Source: an uncultured Clostridia bacterium
GTDB lineage: Bacteria; Bacillota; Clostridia; TANB77; CAG-508
Direction: 5' to 3'
Length of the DNA: 64,000 nt
Assembly: GCA_946529215.1 (NCBI GenBank)
Contig: CAMMZC010000008.1
Coordinates: 17,656 to 81,655 of the forward strand
Below the pieces are notes generated by a model, which was not told the origin of the DNA, searched no databases, and saw only the letters and a list, made by a program, of their open reading frames with translations. Of this stretch, positions 61,856 through 64,000 are shown in pieces. A program made the position numbers and the translations under genes. The first letter of the stretch is position 1, and every line of letters begins with the position of its first letter.

Positions 61856-62554
61856 TTATCTAGAATCATCTTCTCCCTGTATCACTTTAAATCCAAGTTT
61901 AACCTTTTGATTAATCATTAGTTGAATTAATTCTTCAAAATATTTTATTACTTCTTCAACTTCTGTTGTTTCATCTATAGGATAACGTAAAGCCACTCCA
62001 CGAAAATCGAAACTATAATTAGAAAAAGAACTATTTTGATGAAATAATGTTATCGCTTGTTCTTCAAATTTATCGTTTTTTAACGGAGTAGATATTTTTT
62101 TAGGTCTTCTATTATACTTTGCTTTGTCAGGTGCACTTTCTTTTACTCTATAAAATTTAAATAATTCTGACTGCCTCGATTGAATGCCATTAATGCTACA
62201 ATTATGCAGTAATATATTCTTAGCTTTATCATTTAAATTGACTTTTACATCTCCATTATTTAACTTATCAATTAAGTCTCTATTTTGTTCATCTAATTGA
62301 TCATAATCAATCATAATCCAAGCATATCCATTTCCAATTGATAAATATTGATTTTGATTTTCAGGAATATCTCCATTTTTACAATCTCTTTTATTAGCAC
62401 TAGACATTATGGTATCAATCCCCTTATTATTCAAATCAATACAAGCTTTTCTTACAGGTAACTCTATGTATTCACATGAGTCATAACTCCATATTTTCTT
62501 ATAAGCTTCAGGTGAAGATTCTATATCTTTTAAATATCTTTCCATTCTTATCAT
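61856..62554 (-). CDS. Hypothetical protein (232 aa).
   Basis: Clean ORF. No motif recognised. Confidence 0.5.
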   Translation of the reverse strand: MIRMERYLKDIESSPEAYKKIWSYDSCEYIELPVRKACIDLNNKGIDTIMSSANKRDCKNGDIPENQNQYLSIGNGYAWIMIDYDQLDEQNRDLIDKLNNGDVKVNLNDKAKNILLHNCSINGIQSRQSELFKFYRVKESAPDKAKYNRRPKKISTPLKNDKFEEQAITLFHQNSSFSNYSFDFRGVALRYPIDETTEVEEVIKYFEELIQLMINQKVKLGFKVIQGEDDSR

Positions 62555-62607
62555 CTCCTATAATTTATATATAGCATATTTAATTTTAAAAGTCAATTTT
62601 CATTTTA

Positions 62608-63663
62608 TTATACTACAGTGTAATCATCATTATTTTTCAAAATCCATATTATTTCCGTAATTCCTAAGTATCCAAACACAGGAAACAATAATTTTACCAA
62701 ATTTGAAAATCCAAAATTTGAAATTAGCACCCCACTTATGCACATTATTGCCACAAATTGTGGATAACTCTTTTTGTTTTTCGTAATATTTTTCAAAAAA
62801 CTAATTCCAATTGATATTGCTGTTGAAAAAATAGACAGTAAAATCACAATCCCATATATTCCAGAAAATTGTGGAAAATATTTATCTATTATATAAACTG
62901 CTGGCATTTGAATTTTAGAATAATCAGATTCCACACTTGTAAGCACAAGGAAAATGCTCATTGCTAAAACAAAAACAATTCCACCACTAAGAGCCGATAC
63001 AACAGCTATTTGTCTTTTATTTTTAATACATTTTCCTAAATTTACAAGTACAGGTATTACCAAAATCATATTATAACTGCAATAAACTACAGCTTGCAAA
63101 ATCCAATTAAAGCTGTATTTATTTTCAAAGTTCACTTGCCATATTTCTCCACTTCTGTTATATAAATCTTTCAAACTCAAAAATCCAATAATTAAAATAA
63201 CAACAATTAAAATAGGCACAATAATTGAATTTACTCTTTTTACTCCTTCAATATCTTTTATTAAAACAACAAAACATATAACCGATAGAACAATTGCTCC
63301 AATTATTGCAGGAATTTCAAATTGTTGCTTAAAATACACTCCGAATCCTGAAATCATAATATAAAATGTAATTAGCAAAAAAGAATTTACAATTATATTT
63401 GAAATATTACTTAATTTTTTTGAGTGAAAAATTTCTCGCAAAAAACCTTCATACGTATCAATTTTTCTTGTATGTATTATCAAAAATGTTTTATAAATAA
63501 CCATGGAAATAAGTGTGCTACATAATATTAAACCAAATATTCCATTTATTCCAAACCTATAAAAAAACAAATACATTTCTTGACCAGATGCAAATCCTGC
63601 ACCTATTAATGTTCCTATTATTGAAAAAATAAGCATAATGAGCTCCTCTTTTTTTGATTTCAC
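62608..63663 (-). CDS. Polytopic membrane protein (351 aa), transporter-like. It resembles the YkvI / GerAB-type amino-acid-permease superfamily.
   Basis: About 10 hydrophobic segments. An N-terminal GAGFASGQE motif. Confidence 0.5.
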   Translation of the reverse strand: MKSKKEELIMLIFSIIGTLIGAGFASGQEMYLFFYRFGINGIFGLILCSTLISMVIYKTFLIIHTRKIDTYEGFLREIFHSKKLSNISNIIVNSFLLITFYIMISGFGVYFKQQFEIPAIIGAIVLSVICFVVLIKDIEGVKRVNSIIVPILIVVILIIGFLSLKDLYNRSGEIWQVNFENKYSFNWILQAVVYCSYNMILVIPVLVNLGKCIKNKRQIAVVSALSGGIVFVLAMSIFLVLTSVESDYSKIQMPAVYIIDKYFPQFSGIYGIVILLSIFSTAISIGISFLKNITKNKKSYPQFVAIMCISGVLISNFGFSNLVKLLFPVFGYLGITEIIWILKNNDDYTVV

Positions 63664-63776
63664 AATCAGTTAATTATTAATAATTTATATCTTACCTTTC
63701 ATATTGCATAAAAAATTTGTAGCTGTAAATATTAACTATTATATTCTATTTTTTTCAAAAAAATGCTGATTTTTTC

Positions 63777-63805
63777 TTGACTTTATGTTATTTTTATGGT
63801 ATGAT
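63777..63805 (+). promoter_or_regulatory. Sigma-A promoter for tRNA-Arg: TTGACT-17 nt-TATGAT.
   Basis: ttgactttatgttatttttatggtatgat lies about 20 nt upstream of the tRNA. Confidence 0.55.
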
Positions 63806-63824
63806 AGATATGTTCAGTTGATTT

Positions 63825-63901
<77 letters not shown>

Positions 63902-64000
63902 AAACACAACTTATATGAACCTGTAGTAATATAAGACAAAAAAATATTATCAGTTTTAGACTGATAATATTTTTTATTATATCAAATTTTCCGGATTTAA

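Overview
This is a very AT-rich (about 27% GC) chromosomal window from a Gram-positive, Clostridia-like Firmicute. It combines three conserved housekeeping blocks with an accessory surface-protein locus and several small insertions of unknown function.

Conserved blocks, all on the minus strand:
- Cell-shape and division: radC-mreB-mreC-mreD-mrdA(PBP2)-minC.
- The str operon rpsL-rpsG-fusA-[extra ORF]-tuf.
- A replication/ribosome block: tilS, ftsH, dnaB, rplI, gdpP.

Other annotated genes:
- nrdD and nrdG.
- A family-4 uracil-DNA glycosylase and a gltD-like oxidoreductase.
- An alpha-amylase, a GH30 hydrolase and a 1313-aa S8 protease.
- mecA and leuS.
- tRNA-Gly and tRNA-Cys as an operon, and tRNA-Arg.

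The accessory surface-protein locus spans the first 19.7 kb. It holds four co-oriented giant surface-protein genes, one of which runs off the window start. They form a tandemly duplicated two-gene module: a DUF11/SdrD-B-type giant followed by a Cna-B-repeat giant with an N-terminal Cys-containing (candidate thioester) domain. Two consensus sigma-A promoters and a bidirectional terminator split the locus into two transcription units. The genes carry in-frame 15-bp and 39-bp tandem repeats. Each ends in a non-canonical 'xxTG + TM + KK' C-terminus.

Other unexplained items:
- A promoter-to-terminator-bounded two-gene unit between ftsH and rpsL. It encodes a 1011-aa cytoplasmic protein (coiled coil, EPDEAEAE repeats, winged-helix domain, unknown C-terminal domain) and a 165-aa protein with an internal domain duplication.
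- A 153-aa ORF wedged between fusA and tuf.
- A 430-bp structured rpsL-rpsG spacer.
- Loss of hpt between tilS and ftsH.
- A DUF4160/DUF2442 two-gene cassette with its own promoter and terminator, between ung and amyA.
- minC with no minDE, replaced by small Q/N-rich paralogous ORFs.
- A 20-nt motif repeated upstream of dnaB and tilS.

No CRISPR array, transposase or integrase was seen.
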